64,000 nt of DNA, taken from Mycoplasmatota bacterium. GTDB lineage: Bacteria; Bacillota_I; Bacilli_A; MAG-NZ. The translations under genes and the position numbers were made by a program. Positions 1 through 10,248 of this stretch are shown here, piece after piece. The number at the start of each line of letters is the position of its first letter. Position 1 is the stretch's first letter. Under the pieces are notes generated by a model that saw only the letters and a list, made by a program, of their open reading frames with translations, was not told the origin of the DNA and ran no database searches. The stretch is from the NCBI GenBank assembly GCA_018394315.1, contig CP074575.1:1396615-1460614 (forward strand), in the 5' to 3' direction.

Positions 1-501
1 TTAATATTATTTGATTTAGGGGCGTATAGTAGTCATTATTGTTCTGACATAACTCGTACTTTTCCTGTTAATGGAAAGTTCACCGAGAGACAAAAGGAAA
101 TATATGAAGTTGTTTTAAAAGCTAATAAAGAGTCAATTAAACATATTAAACCAGGAATGACATTTGTAGAAATAAACAAATTTGCTAGAGATATTTTAAT
201 TGAAGGATGTAAGGGACTTGGATTAATGACAGAGGATAAAGACATCTCGAAATTTTATTATCATGGTCTAGGTCATTATTTAGGTCTAGATGTTCATGAT
301 GTTGGTCACTACAAGACTATAGAAGAAGGAATGGTTTTAACTATTGAACCGGGATTATATATTAAAGAAGAAAACATTGGAGTTAGAATCGAAGATGACA
401 TTGTGATTACTAAAGATGGATGTATTAATTTAAGTTCAAATATTATTAAAGAAGTCGATGAAATTGAAGAATTTATGAAGAATAATCCTAAAAATCAGTA
501 A
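1..501 (+). CDS. pepP: Xaa-Pro aminopeptidase (M24B), C-terminal part, 5' truncated by window edge
   Basis: Frame open from base 1 (LILFDLGAYSSHYCSDITRTFP); HGLGHYLGLDVHD, TIEPGLY and GVRIEDD motifs. Confidence 0.9.
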   Translation, partial: LILFDLGAYSSHYCSDITRTFPVNGKFTERQKEIYEVVLKANKESIKHIKPGMTFVEINKFARDILIEGCKGLGLMTEDKDISKFYYHGLGHYLGLDVHDVGHYKTIEEGMVLTIEPGLYIKEENIGVRIEDDIVITKDGCINLSSNIIKEVDEIEEFMKNNPKNQ

Positions 502-550
502 TTGAATTTTGGTATAAAATTATATTACAAATTTTGGGTGGAGGATTATT

Positions 551-1090
551 ATGGATTTAATAACTGAAAGACTTACACTTAGAAGTTTTCAAGAGCACGA
601 TTTGGATTTCTTTCTAGGACTTGAGCAAAATGATTTCTATATTAAATATGAAAGAGATACCATTCCAAGTGATGAGGAAATAAAAGAGAAATTCGACGGG
701 ATTCTTATAAATTCAGAAAGTGATAAGTATTCAAGATTTTTGATTACCGGATCAGATGGTAAACAAATGGGTACCGTGGTGTTATGGCGAATCAACGAAA
801 AAATAAATGAGTGGGAAATAGGTTGGGGTATCTTGCAAAAATTTACAGGTTTAGGATATGTAACAGAGGCGGCTAGAAGAGTAATTCAGTTTGCTTTCGA
901 AACTCTGAAAATACATAGAGTGGTAGCACTTTGTCACGCTAATAACACACCCTCAGAAAATATTATGAAGAGAATAGGAATGCAAAAAGAAGGAACATTT
1001 AGAGATAACCGATTTTTGAACGGAACATGGAGAGATAGTTTGCAGTACTCAATTACTGAGAACGAGTACTATCAAATGAAGACTAAATAG
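551..1090 (+). CDS. GNAT acetyltransferase, RimJ/RimL family
   Basis: TERLTLR N-terminus, EIGW...GLGYVTEA, N..S..IMKRIGMQKEG; GGAGG RBS. Confidence 0.85.
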   Translation: MDLITERLTLRSFQEHDLDFFLGLEQNDFYIKYERDTIPSDEEIKEKFDGILINSESDKYSRFLITGSDGKQMGTVVLWRINEKINEWEIGWGILQKFTGLGYVTEAARRVIQFAFETLKIHRVVALCHANNTPSENIMKRIGMQKEGTFRDNRFLNGTWRDSLQYSITENEYYQMKTK

Positions 1091-1178
1091 ACGTTTTAGG
1101 ACTTGCGCAAAATATGCGTAAGTCTTTTTAAAAGTAAAACTCATTTCTTATATAAATATCTATTTTAGGAGGTGTTAT

Positions 1179-1763
1179 ATGAGATTTTTTTTATTGATGA
1201 GCATTCTTTCTACTCATAATAATTTTGAAGAAATTATTTTTATTGATGAGGGTAGATTACTTGAAGAATATAGCGAAGAGGAATATGATGATTACTACGA
1301 CCATTTAAAAAAACGTTTCTTTGGTTGGAATTCTTATATAGTTGAGGATCAAAAAGATGTATATTTTGTATCAGATACATTATTTAGTTACAGTAATCAA
1401 TCTAATGAGTCCATAAGTTATAAATATGTTTATGAAACTGGAAAAGACATTAAGGATTCTGTTGCAGTTACGGGTGGTATCTCTACTAATGCAAGTACAA
1501 AGGCTAAAGGGTTTAATTTAAAGTTTGATAATAAGTTGCAGTCTAAAATTTCTGTAGAACAGTCCAAGTCTATTACTGAGAAATGGCAACTTGATATTGA
1601 TGTTCCTCCTTTTACTAAAATGTCACTTAAAATTAGAGGAGAAGGTAAGATCAGTAATGGAGTTTCACACCTTTACATATTTTTCATAAAAGTAAAAGAA
1701 GGCGGTTGGGAAGTATTAGATGTAACAAAAGAATATTATTGGTTAGTAGAGGAATACGTATGA
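1179..1763 (+). CDS. hypothetical protein with Ser/Thr-rich beta region (ETX/MTX2-like pattern possible)
   Basis: AGGAGG RBS; first gene of an overlapping 4-gene operon; alternating beta pattern ending in DVPPFTK. Confidence 0.55.
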   Translation: MRFFLLMSILSTHNNFEEIIFIDEGRLLEEYSEEEYDDYYDHLKKRFFGWNSYIVEDQKDVYFVSDTLFSYSNQSNESISYKYVYETGKDIKDSVAVTGGISTNASTKAKGFNLKFDNKLQSKISVEQSKSITEKWQLDIDVPPFTKMSLKIRGEGKISNGVSHLYIFFIKVKEGGWEVLDVTKEYYWLVEEYV

Positions 1764-2647
1764 AAAAATATATTGTAGGAGGAATAGTTATCTTACTAGT
1801 AGCTATTTTGTTCTTGTTAACTAATGATAGAAGTACATCTATTTTTACGTTAAGACATCTTTATTCTCAAGCACTCACGGATGGAGAATTTTTGAGGATT
1901 CCACTGCTAGTGAATAATGACTCATTCTATACCGATGAATCCTCTATTGAAAGAATCAATCTTATTGATGATATAAACATTATACCTGTTTCAATAGATT
2001 CAATTAGTAAAGATGAATTATCATATTACTATGGAGCAGAAAAGTATAACGTTTATATGTTTGATCTTGTTCCTGAAATTGGTGCAAGAGTAAACCTCTT
2101 GGATGCTAGATTAGAAATAATCTACTTAAACGGTGAAGTTAATAGACTAAGTATAGGTGACATAAATATTATTAACTATAGTGAAAACAAAGATTTAGGC
2201 ATTACTGGATTAACTGGAATTATCAACATTATAGAAGGGTATGAAACGACTGTCGGTTTTGTAATGGGTATTAAAAACCTTACTGATAGTGATATTGAAA
2301 TAAAAGGGTTTAACATCAATGCTAACCCTGTATTTGTTAATAATAAATTAATTAAGGAAGTTGAAAACTTAGAAATAGATATGTTTACAAGTATGGAAGA
2401 ACTCATTCCTGAATACCATTATTTGTTGGATCCTACACTTAATACTTCATTTATAATTTCAGCAAACTCAAAGAAAAACTTTATAGTTCCAATAGTATAT
2501 GAAGAGATAAGGTATCTGAATAGATTTCCAATCATTATTAAATATGACGATAACGAGTTTATATATGATGATTTTCTATTTATGAATCTAGGATATTTTC
2601 CTGAATTCCTTCTAGAAACTAAAAGAAAATATGACATGCTTAATTGA
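1760..2647 (+). CDS. hypothetical membrane-anchored protein
   Basis: Start moved to MKKYIVGG (ATGA overlap with upstream stop); N-terminal hydrophobic helix. Confidence 0.7.
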   Translation: MKKYIVGGIVILLVAILFLLTNDRSTSIFTLRHLYSQALTDGEFLRIPLLVNNDSFYTDESSIERINLIDDINIIPVSIDSISKDELSYYYGAEKYNVYMFDLVPEIGARVNLLDARLEIIYLNGEVNRLSIGDINIINYSENKDLGITGLTGIINIIEGYETTVGFVMGIKNLTDSDIEIKGFNINANPVFVNNKLIKEVENLEIDMFTSMEELIPEYHYLLDPTLNTSFIISANSKKNFIVPIVYEEIRYLNRFPIIIKYDDNEFIYDDFLFMNLGYFPEFLLETKRKYDMLN

Positions 2648-3203
2648 AATAAATAATTTAAGTAAATCTTATAAAGATGTTGTCTTGAATAATATAAATA
2701 TGAAAGTTAGAGATGAAGTATTACTTCTTTATGGAACTAATGGCTCAGGAAAGAGTACGCTTATAAAATGTATTCTTGGGTTAGTCAACTATAATGGTGA
2801 GATTCTAATTAATGGAACTATTGGATATATCCCAGAAGTTTTTCAACTACCAGAGTTAGTTAAGGTTGAAAAATTCTTAAAAGACATTGCTTCTTTAACA
2901 AATTCAAATTACACACGTCTAGTTAAAAAGTATGGGCTTTCTAATAAAATGGATGATTATATTTATTCGTTATCTAAAGGTATGAAGCAAAAACTTGTTA
3001 TTATACAAGCATTGATTCATAGTCCTGACATTCTAGTATGTGATGAGCCTATAAACGGATTAGATAAGGAAATGCAAGATATTTTTTGTATGATGCTTAA
3101 GGAACAAAAAAAACTTGGAAAAGCTATAATTATTGCTAGCCATTATGAGAAATTATATACTGAATTTTTAGATAGGGTAATATATCTTGATAAAACTAAT
3201 TAA
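2631..3203 (+). CDS. ABC transporter ATP-binding protein
   Basis: Walker A GTNGSGKST, LSKGMKQK signature, CDEP Walker B. Confidence 0.9.
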   Translation: MTCLIEINNLSKSYKDVVLNNINMKVRDEVLLLYGTNGSGKSTLIKCILGLVNYNGEILINGTIGYIPEVFQLPELVKVEKFLKDIASLTNSNYTRLVKKYGLSNKMDDYIYSLSKGMKQKLVIIQALIHSPDILVCDEPINGLDKEMQDIFCMMLKEQKKLGKAIIIASHYEKLYTEFLDRVIYLDKTN

Positions 3204-3876
3204 ACTACATAGCAATTACTTGCTTAATAAAAGAGTTTTATTTGTAATATTACTACTTACAACTATATTCTTAATATGTTTATTCTTCTCTAGTGGTATC
3301 TCAACAAGTAAATTTGAAAAACAGATGTATTTGTATGAATATAAGTATGATTATAAAAATAGTGGTTTTATAATGATAAAGTTTACTCAAATTATACTTT
3401 CTATTCTACTCTTCAGTTACTGCTTTGACAAAAATCAGGATCAATACATTCCATTTATCCTAACAAGAGGAATTAGTAAAGAGAAGTATTTCATCTCTAA
3501 AGTTCTAACAGCATGGATTGTGATAAGCATATATTGGAGTTTACTTATAATCTTATTTTATATTTTCGGTAATATTTGTTTAAGTATTAAAACTATGAAC
3601 ATTTCTAGGTTATTACTCATATACTTACTGAGTATGTTATATGGAATGTATTCACTAATATTTGTGTTATTGATTAATACATCAATGATAAGCGTATTAA
3701 TGATTTTATCATTTTGGATAAGCGAAGTATTAGTTGGTTCATCTGAAATTTTAGATATAATATTACCAAGTATTCAAAATGGTGAGTTCAAATATGGATG
3801 TGAGTATGTTATAATATTGATAACTTTAATATTTCTACTTAATACATATATTTATACTTCGAGGCAATTAGTATAA
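3187..3876 (+). CDS. ABC transporter permease (ABC-2-like)
   Basis: Multiple TM segments, LTRGISKEKYFISK motif, overlaps the ATPase gene. Confidence 0.75.
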   Translation: MIKLIKLHSNYLLNKRVLFVILLLTTIFLICLFFSSGISTSKFEKQMYLYEYKYDYKNSGFIMIKFTQIILSILLFSYCFDKNQDQYIPFILTRGISKEKYFISKVLTAWIVISIYWSLLIILFYIFGNICLSIKTMNISRLLLIYLLSMLYGMYSLIFVLLINTSMISVLMILSFWISEVLVGSSEILDIILPSIQNGEFKYGCEYVIILITLIFLLNTYIYTSRQLV

Positions 3877-3883
3877 AATTGTG

Positions 3884-3912
3884 TTGACTTTTTATATGTG
3901 TTTTGGTAGACT
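3884..3912 (+). promoter_or_regulatory. sigma-A promoter of the infC operon
   Basis: TTGACT-17 nt-TAGACT with TG extension. Confidence 0.7.
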
Positions 3913-3928
3913 TATAAAGTAATGTGGA

Positions 3929-4026
3929 AAGTAGAGGTACCCACTTCTCACCTGATTGCATCATGCAATAGGTCAATGTCACTCTTTATAGAGAATGTTG
4001 GTGGGTGCTTAGTGCGCCCTTTTTAT
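3929..4026 (+). ncRNA. L20 leader (ribosomal protein leader/attenuator)
   Basis: AGTAGAGGTACCCACTTCTCACCTG...GAGAA..GGTGGGTGC...GCCCTTTTT upstream of infC-rpmI-rplT. Confidence 0.8.
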
Positions 4027-4046
4027 ATCTATTTGGAGGTGTGATT

Positions 4047-4586
4047 ATTAATAATCAAAATCAACACAGAAGTAAGAGTAATGACTTACCTTACAACGAT
4101 ACTATTAGAGCTAGAGAGGTATTAGTTATTTCTGATACCGGGGAACAATTAGGTGTGATGAATATCAATAAAGCATTAGAAACTGCTTATGATAAAGATC
4201 TTGACTTAGTTTGTGTTGCTCCTCAAGGAAGGCCACCAGTATGCAAAATAATGGATTACAAGAAGTATAAGTTTGAACAGCAAAAGAAGCAGAAGATGGC
4301 TAAAAAGAATCAAACAGCTAATCAATTAAAAGAAATTAGACTTAGTCCTACGATTGATATTGGTGATTTTAATACTAAGTTAAAAAGAGGAGTTAAGTTC
4401 TTAGAGGCTGGAGATAAGCTCAAGTTATCGATTAGATTCCGTGGACGAATGATAACTCACAAAAACTTAGGTAGAGAAGTCTTAGAGCGATATGCTAAAG
4501 AAGTCAAAGAAATAGCTAGTGTAACGCAAAGACCAAAAATGGATGGTAGAAACATGTTTATGGTTTTAGAACCAAATAAGAAATAA
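4047..4586 (+). CDS. infC: translation initiation factor IF-3 (ATT start)
   Basis: IF-3 sequence; GGAGGT RBS followed by in-frame ATT (4044 or 4047), the canonical infC start. Confidence 0.95.
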   Translation: MNNQNQHRSKSNDLPYNDTIRAREVLVISDTGEQLGVMNINKALETAYDKDLDLVCVAPQGRPPVCKIMDYKKYKFEQQKKQKMAKKNQTANQLKEIRLSPTIDIGDFNTKLKRGVKFLEAGDKLKLSIRFRGRMITHKNLGREVLERYAKEVKEIASVTQRPKMDGRNMFMVLEPNKK

Positions 4587-4596
4587 GGAGAATACT

Positions 4597-4800
4597 ATGG
4601 GAAAAATGAAAACACATAGTGGAACTGCTAAGCGTGTTAAAATTACTGGTACTGGAAAAGTAAGAAGACAGCAAGCTGGTATGAGTCACTTAATGCCAAA
4701 CAAGACGGCAAAACAAAAAAGACATTTAAGAAAGAGTAACGAAATATCTAAAGGTGATTTGAAAAGAATTAAGCATCAAATTTCAAATTTACTTAAATAG
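4597..4800 (+). CDS. rpmI: 50S ribosomal protein L35
   Basis: [19 protein letters not shown]; position in operon. Confidence 0.97.
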   Translation: MGKMKTHSGTAKRVKITGTGKVRRQQAGMSHLMPNKTAKQKRHLRKSNEISKGDLKRIKHQISNLLK

Positions 4801-4816
4801 ATAGGGAGGCAAGAAA

Positions 4817-5515
4817 ATGGCACGAGTAAAAGGTGGATACGTCGCTAAAAATAGACGTAGAAAAGTATTAAAGTTAGCTAAGGGATACTTTGGTTCAAAA
4901 AGAACGTTATATAAAACTGCTCATGAGCAAGTAATGAAATCACTTACATATGCTTATAGAGATAGAAAACAAAGAAAAAGAAATTTCCGTAAATTATGGA
5001 TTACTAGAATTAATGCTGCAGCTAGATTAAATGGGATGAGTTATTCTAGATTTATGAATGGACTTAAATTAGCTGGTGTTGAAGTCAATAGAAAAATGTT
5101 AGCTGAAATTGCAGTTTACGATATGGATGCATTTACTAATTTAGTTAAATTGTCACAAGAAGGATTAGCAAGTAATGTTAAACCTGAAAAGACAGAAACA
5201 AAAGTAGCTCCTAAGGAAACTGCTAAAAAAGCAGCTCCTAAAAAAGAAACTGCTAAAAAAGCAGCCCCTAAAAAGGAAACTGCTAAAAAAGCAGCTCCTA
5301 AAAAAGAAACTGCTAAGAAAACAGAAGTAAAAGTTAAAGAAGAGACTGTGAAAACAGAGAAAAAAGCTCCTGTTCAAAAAGAAGAAGTTTCAACAAAAGA
5401 AAATGTTGATTATTCTACTAAGACTGTTGCTGAACTAAAAGCTATTGCAAAAGAGAAAAACATTAAAGGTTACTCAAAACTTAAAAAAGCTGAGTTAATA
5501 GAAGCTTTAAAATAA
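4817..5515 (+). CDS. rplT: 50S ribosomal protein L20 with a long Lys/Ala-rich linker and C-terminal Rho_N-like domain
   Basis: MARVKGG...[13 protein letters not shown] core, then [10 protein letters not shown] repeats and [29 protein letters not shown]. Confidence 0.95.
   Translation: MARVKGGYVAKNRRRKVLKLAKGYFGSKRTLYKTAHEQVMKSLTYAYRDRKQRKRNFRKLWITRINAAARLNGMSYSRFMNGLKLAGVEVNRKMLAEIAVYDMDAFTNLVKLSQEGLASNVKPEKTETKVAPKETAKKAAPKKETAKKAAPKKETAKKAAPKKETAKKTEVKVKEETVKTEKKAPVQKEEVSTKENVDYSTKTVAELKAIAKEKNIKGYSKLKKAELIEALK
5206..5316 (+). repeat. 30-bp coding tandem repeat ([10 protein letters not shown], ~4 copies) in rplT
   Basis: gctcctaa(aaa)ggaaactgctaaaaaagca units seen directly. Confidence 0.9.
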
Positions 5516-5547
5516 GATGCAGTTGCATCTTTTTTTTTTACCTAATT

Positions 5548-6390
5548 CTAGTTTTGAACTACAATATGAGGATATGGAATTTCGATATTATTTTTCTGTA
5601 ATACGACTTTTATATCATTCCTTAAATCTCTTTCAAATTGAAAGTGTGCATATGGTTTACAAGTCGAGATTACTCTACATATTATTTCTGATTCTTCGAA
5701 AGATACTACACCAACGTAAATTGGTTTATCTAATAGATCTATATTTTGGTATACGTTTTCTTGAAAATGATTACTTAGAATTTTTTCCAGTTTATCTAAA
5801 TCTGATTCATATGACACTTTAAAATCCACAACAGCAATAGTGTTAAATCTTGAATGATTGACTATAGTGTTTATATCACCATTATTAATAATTTTTAGTG
5901 CCCCACGCCAACCTTTAATCGCGGTAGTTCTTAGTCCTATATCAATCACTTCGCCAGTGAATCCATCGATTTCAACAATCTCACCTACGCTGAAGCTTTC
6001 TTCAAATAATATGAAAAGTCCATTTAGAAAGTCGGCTACAAGTTTTTGTGAACCAAGCCCAACTGCTAGTCCTAATATACCTGCACTTGCTAATATTGGT
6101 GCTATATCAACATTTAATGTATTAAGAATTAGCATTGCTGTTATGAACCAAATAGTATATTTTCCTACACTTAATACAACTTTTCCAATCGTAGTCTTTC
6201 GTTTCTCCGCAGTATTAAGCTTTAATAATCTAGTAATTAATCTTTTATATAATTTTATTATGATCATTGATAGTACTAGTATTAATAGAATCTTAATAGA
6301 AGATATTAAAACTTGATTTATTTTTTGTTTAGTAAAATATTCATTTATGAATTTCGATAAATTGTCTATCAATAATATATTTATAGTCAT
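5548..6390 (-). CDS. mscS: small-conductance mechanosensitive channel
   Basis: ILASAGILGLAVGLGSQKLVADFLNG...FSVGEIVEIDGFTGEVIDIGLRTT. Confidence 0.9.
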   Translation of the reverse strand: MTINILLIDNLSKFINEYFTKQKINQVLISSIKILLILVLSMIIIKLYKRLITRLLKLNTAEKRKTTIGKVVLSVGKYTIWFITAMLILNTLNVDIAPILASAGILGLAVGLGSQKLVADFLNGLFILFEESFSVGEIVEIDGFTGEVIDIGLRTTAIKGWRGALKIINNGDINTIVNHSRFNTIAVVDFKVSYESDLDKLEKILSNHFQENVYQNIDLLDKPIYVGVVSFEESEIICRVISTCKPYAHFQFERDLRNDIKVVLQKNNIEIPYPHIVVQN

Positions 6391-6503
6391 AATGCTCCTC
6401 CTATTTGCGACTTGATTTTTATTATATACTGACTTTCTTTAATATTAGTATAAAATATATGTTAAGTTTAAAACTAATAGTACCAAGGTTTTAGGGAGGT
6501 ACT

Positions 6504-6986
6504 ATGAAACTAATATCTATTTTGACTATTATAGTTATGTTTTTTATTGGTGTATATTCTGTTAGTATTATTTATACAGAAATTAGTGTTGCAGCTGTAG
6601 AAGTTTCAACTATGAACATCAAAAATTTAATATATACAATGAATTTAGATACTATTATTGATGTGAATTCTATTAATAATAGTTTTACGCTATTCGATTT
6701 TGGTATATATGACTACAGTAAATTCTTAACTATATTTATATTATGTTTCGTTATGGGTAATTTAATTTATATTTCTTTATCTAAATACGGAAGAAAACCA
6801 CTTTTAATAAGCTTGATTATAGGATTTAGTTACATCTTTACAATACAATATGCAATATCATTTATTATTATGGATTTTAATTGGGTTGTTACATTATCTT
6901 ACTTTATAAGTTGCTTATTTGGAGTTATGATGTCGAATTTATTCAGATTTATATTCACTGGTATACATAAAAGAATTTACCAGTAA
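6504..6986 (+). CDS. hypothetical membrane protein
   Basis: GGGAGG RBS, ~4 TM segments. Confidence 0.7.
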   Translation: MKLISILTIIVMFFIGVYSVSIIYTEISVAAVEVSTMNIKNLIYTMNLDTIIDVNSINNSFTLFDFGIYDYSKFLTIFILCFVMGNLIYISLSKYGRKPLLISLIIGFSYIFTIQYAISFIIMDFNWVVTLSYFISCLFGVMMSNLFRFIFTGIHKRIYQ

Positions 6987-7026
6987 TTTCATTTTATTTA
7001 TGAAATTAAGTATGTTATAATGTACT

Positions 7027-7187
7027 TGCCTGGAGGGTTTGTGTATTCATGAAGAAGCCGAACAACATCCAATAGGGAGTCGAGGTATTGTTGGTGTGAA
7101 GACCTTTAAGTAGGGATCCTAAAAATAATACAAGAGACACCCACTTTAAACCTATAGGTTTAAAATTGATTGCGGCTCTTCGGGTGT
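7027..7187 (+). ncRNA. ssrS: 6S RNA
   Basis: Follows TGTTATAAT; ends pair (CCTGGAGGG / CTCTTCGGG); GAACAACATCCAATAGGGAG and CACCCAC...GGTTTAAAA...GCGGC motifs typical of Firmicute 6S; terminator at ~7213-7240. Confidence 0.7.
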
Positions 7188-7311
7188 AAATATTAAATAT
7201 TTATACTTTTTAAAAAAAGATGAAATTTTGCATCTTTTTTTATTTATATTTTATGATTCTGGTATATAATGTAAATAAGAAAAATTTAAGAAATAGAAAG
7301 AACTGAAGAGA

Positions 7312-8949
7312 ATGAATATAGAAAAATTAATGATGGAAATTAAGGAAGAAATTAAAAGCTCAGTAATGAGCCTAGGTTATGCTGATGATTCTTTTGATGT
7401 TATCCTAGAACAACCAAAAGACAAAGCAAATGGTGATTATTCAACTAACACTGCTATGCGTCTATCAAAGATTGCTAAAAAGAACCCAAGAGTAATTGCC
7501 GAAGAAATAAAAGAAAGAATTAATTTGAAAAATTCTAGCATAGAAAGACTAGAAATTGCTGGACCAGGGTTTTTAAATATTTACTTAAATCGTGATGGAT
7601 TCTTTTCATTAATTAATAGAATTATTGATGAAGGAAGCGATTTTGGTAAAAGTAATGTAGGTGAAGGTACTAAGATATTATTAGAATATGTTTCTGCTAA
7701 TCCTACTGGATATTTACATATTGGTCATGCAAGAGGTGGGGCATATGGTGCTTCTTTAGCTAACATTATGAAGAAAGCTGGTTTTATTGTACATAGAGAA
7801 TTTTATGTAAATGATGCTGGGAATCAAATTAACAATTTAGGATTAAGTATTAAATCTAGATACTTACAAGAGTTAGGCATTGATTCAAAAATGCCTGAAG
7901 ATGGATATTTTGGTCCAGAAATCATAAAAATAGCTCAAGAGATTAAAAGCACTCATGGTGATGGGCTTAAGGAAGATTTTGATTTCTTTAAAGAATATGG
8001 ATTGACTTACTTACTTGAAAGATTAAAAGAACATTTAATCAAATATAGAATTGAGTTTGATGAATGGTTTAGAGAAAGAACTGTATATGAAGGTGATCTA
8101 AAAGAAACTATTAAACTAATAGTTGAAAATGGTTATACTTATGAATTAGACGGAGCTACATGGTTTAGAACTAGTGAATTCTTTGATGAAAAAGACCGTG
8201 TTATGGTTAAGTCTGACGGTACATATACATATATTGTCCCTGATATTGCTTATCATAAGAATAAATTCGAAAGAGGTTATGATATCTTAATTAACGTTCT
8301 TGGTGCTGATCATCACGGTTACATGCCAAGACTGAAAAGTTCTATGGAGATGATTGGTAAAGATTCTAACAAGATAGAATTTGAAATTTTGCAGATGGTT
8401 AGAATTTATCAAGATGGACAAGAAGTCAAGATGAGTAAAAGAAGTGGTAAGGCAATTGGGTTGATGGACTTAATTGAGGAAGTAGGCGTAGATCCAATAA
8501 GATACTTCTTTGCGGCTAGAGCTTTATCAAGCCCTATGGATTTAGATTTAGATCTTGCTTTGAGAAAGTCAAATGAGAATCCTGTCTACTATGCTCAGTA
8601 CGCACACGCAAGAATCTCAAGTGTATTAAGGTTGGCTAAGGAGCAAAATGTAGATATTACCCCAGTTAATAATTATGAATTCTTAAACGAGAGTGCAGAA
8701 GGATTACTTAAATTGTTAAGTAATTATACTAGAGTGATTTCAGAGTGTGCTCTTAAAAGAATTCCTCATAAATTAACAAATTACATTCAAGACCTTGCTA
8801 GTGAGTTTCATAGTTATTATAATATTGAGAAATTTATAACTGATAACTCAACTGAAACAAATGAAAAACTTAGATTAATAAAAGCGGTTAAAATAGTACT
8901 AAAGGACGCTTTGGAATTAATAGGTGTTAGTGCACCAGAAAAAATGTAA
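7312..8949 (+). CDS. argS: arginine--tRNA ligase
   Basis: EYVSANPTGYLHIGH (HIGH), KMSKR, NPVYYAQYAHAR, GVSAPEKM. Confidence 0.97.
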   Translation: MNIEKLMMEIKEEIKSSVMSLGYADDSFDVILEQPKDKANGDYSTNTAMRLSKIAKKNPRVIAEEIKERINLKNSSIERLEIAGPGFLNIYLNRDGFFSLINRIIDEGSDFGKSNVGEGTKILLEYVSANPTGYLHIGHARGGAYGASLANIMKKAGFIVHREFYVNDAGNQINNLGLSIKSRYLQELGIDSKMPEDGYFGPEIIKIAQEIKSTHGDGLKEDFDFFKEYGLTYLLERLKEHLIKYRIEFDEWFRERTVYEGDLKETIKLIVENGYTYELDGATWFRTSEFFDEKDRVMVKSDGTYTYIVPDIAYHKNKFERGYDILINVLGADHHGYMPRLKSSMEMIGKDSNKIEFEILQMVRIYQDGQEVKMSKRSGKAIGLMDLIEEVGVDPIRYFFAARALSSPMDLDLDLALRKSNENPVYYAQYAHARISSVLRLAKEQNVDITPVNNYEFLNESAEGLLKLLSNYTRVISECALKRIPHKLTNYIQDLASEFHSYYNIEKFITDNSTETNEKLRLIKAVKIVLKDALELIGVSAPEKM

Positions 8950-8960
8950 GGAGAAAATTA

Positions 8961-10025
8961 ATGGCAAACAACGAGTTTTTAAAAGTACTTTCAGAATTAA
9001 ATGGTGTTCCTGGAAACGAAACACAAGTTAAAAATTTTATGAAGGCCGAATTGACTGATATTGTTGATGAAATTTCTTATGATAACATTGGTTCAATTAT
9101 TGGTAAAAAAGTTGGTAACCCTGACGGACCTAGAGTTATGGTTGCTGGTCACATGGATGAAGTAGGGTTTATGGTTACTAAAATTGATAAAGATGGTTAT
9201 ATAAAAATTCATCCATTAGGTGGATGGTGGGGCCAAGTTGTACTTGCTCAACAAGTAACGATTACTACTACTGAAGGTAGTGAAATACATGGTGTAATTG
9301 GTTCTAAACCGCCTCATATTTTAACTCCAGAAGAAAGAAAAAAACCCACAGAAATTAAGAATGTTTTTGTTGATATTGGTGTCAAAGACAAAGCTGCGGC
9401 TGAAGAGCTAGGAATATTAACTGGAGACATGGTTACTCCATATATTGAATTTAGAGAAATGGCTAACCCGGATTATCTTTTAGGTAAAGCATGGGATGAC
9501 CGTATTGGGTGTGCAATAGCAATAGAAGTAGCTAAAAATTTAAAGAATGAAAAGCATGATAATATTTATTATGCAGTAGGAACTGTACAAGAGGAAGTAG
9601 GAACACGTGGAGCTGGTACAACTGCGAATTTCGTTGATCCTGATATTGGTATTGCTTTAGATGTAACAATCGCAACAGATATCCCAGGTGGAGACGGATT
9701 ATGTAAATTTGGAGAAGGTCCTCAGATTCTTGTTTACGATGGTGCTTTAGTAGGTCATCGTGGATTAAGAAAACATTTATTAGAGGTTGCTGAGAAACAT
9801 GAAATTCCTGTACAAGTAGGATATTTAGCAAGAGGTGGAACTGATGCAGGAAAGATGAGTCTTGCTCATAGTGGTGCTCCTGCAGTAAGTATATGTTTAC
9901 CAGCAAGATACATTCATTCACACACTTCTATGATTCATAGGAAAGATTATGAAGCAACTATTAAATTAGTTACAGAACTAGTTAAATCTTTAGATAGAGA
10001 AACTGTAAACAAAATAACATATTAA
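8961..10025 (+). CDS. M42 family aminopeptidase
   Basis: AGHMDEVG, KAWDDRIG, VQEEVG, GGTDAG, RYIHS motifs. Confidence 0.93.
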   Translation: MANNEFLKVLSELNGVPGNETQVKNFMKAELTDIVDEISYDNIGSIIGKKVGNPDGPRVMVAGHMDEVGFMVTKIDKDGYIKIHPLGGWWGQVVLAQQVTITTTEGSEIHGVIGSKPPHILTPEERKKPTEIKNVFVDIGVKDKAAAEELGILTGDMVTPYIEFREMANPDYLLGKAWDDRIGCAIAIEVAKNLKNEKHDNIYYAVGTVQEEVGTRGAGTTANFVDPDIGIALDVTIATDIPGGDGLCKFGEGPQILVYDGALVGHRGLRKHLLEVAEKHEIPVQVGYLARGGTDAGKMSLAHSGAPAVSICLPARYIHSHTSMIHRKDYEATIKLVTELVKSLDRETVNKITY

Positions 10026-10063
10026 AATAAAAACAGGGCTTACCTTAAGTCCTGTTTTTATTT
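10026..10063. terminator. bidirectional intrinsic terminator
   Basis: AAATAAAAACAGG...CCTGTTTTTATTT hairpin between convergent units. Confidence 0.75.
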
Positions 10064-10140
10064 AAAGTATGTGTGAAAGGGAGAGGAGAAGTATGATAGA
10101 AGAATAGGGGGATTCTTCTTACTTCGCAACACTATGGTTG
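10030..10140 (-). ncRNA. csfG: CsfG-like sporulation sRNA (antisense of the 'ylbH leader' motif)
   Basis: Upstream of and divergent from rsmD(ylbH); minus strand has AAGAATCCCCCTATTCTT hairpin and CTTCTCCTCTCCC pyrimidine motif; preceded by a sigma-G/F-type promoter. Confidence 0.7.
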
Positions 10141-10146
10141 CATTCA

Positions 10147-10175
10147 TAGTATGGATAAATATGTATTTTTTATTC
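10147..10175 (-). promoter_or_regulatory. sigma-G/F-type promoter
   Basis: Minus strand GAATA-17 nt-CATACTA. Confidence 0.65.
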
Positions 10176-10248
10176 AAAAAATGTTAAAATAATTTATGAA
10201 ATTATAAATTCGATATTTTAAGACAAAAAAGTTTAAAGGGTGATTACT

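Noticed and set aside
7027..7240. T-box riboswitch upstream of argS
   Set aside because: No T-box consensus (GGTGGnACCGCG) seen; motifs fit 6S RNA, and argS has its own TATAAT after the terminator.
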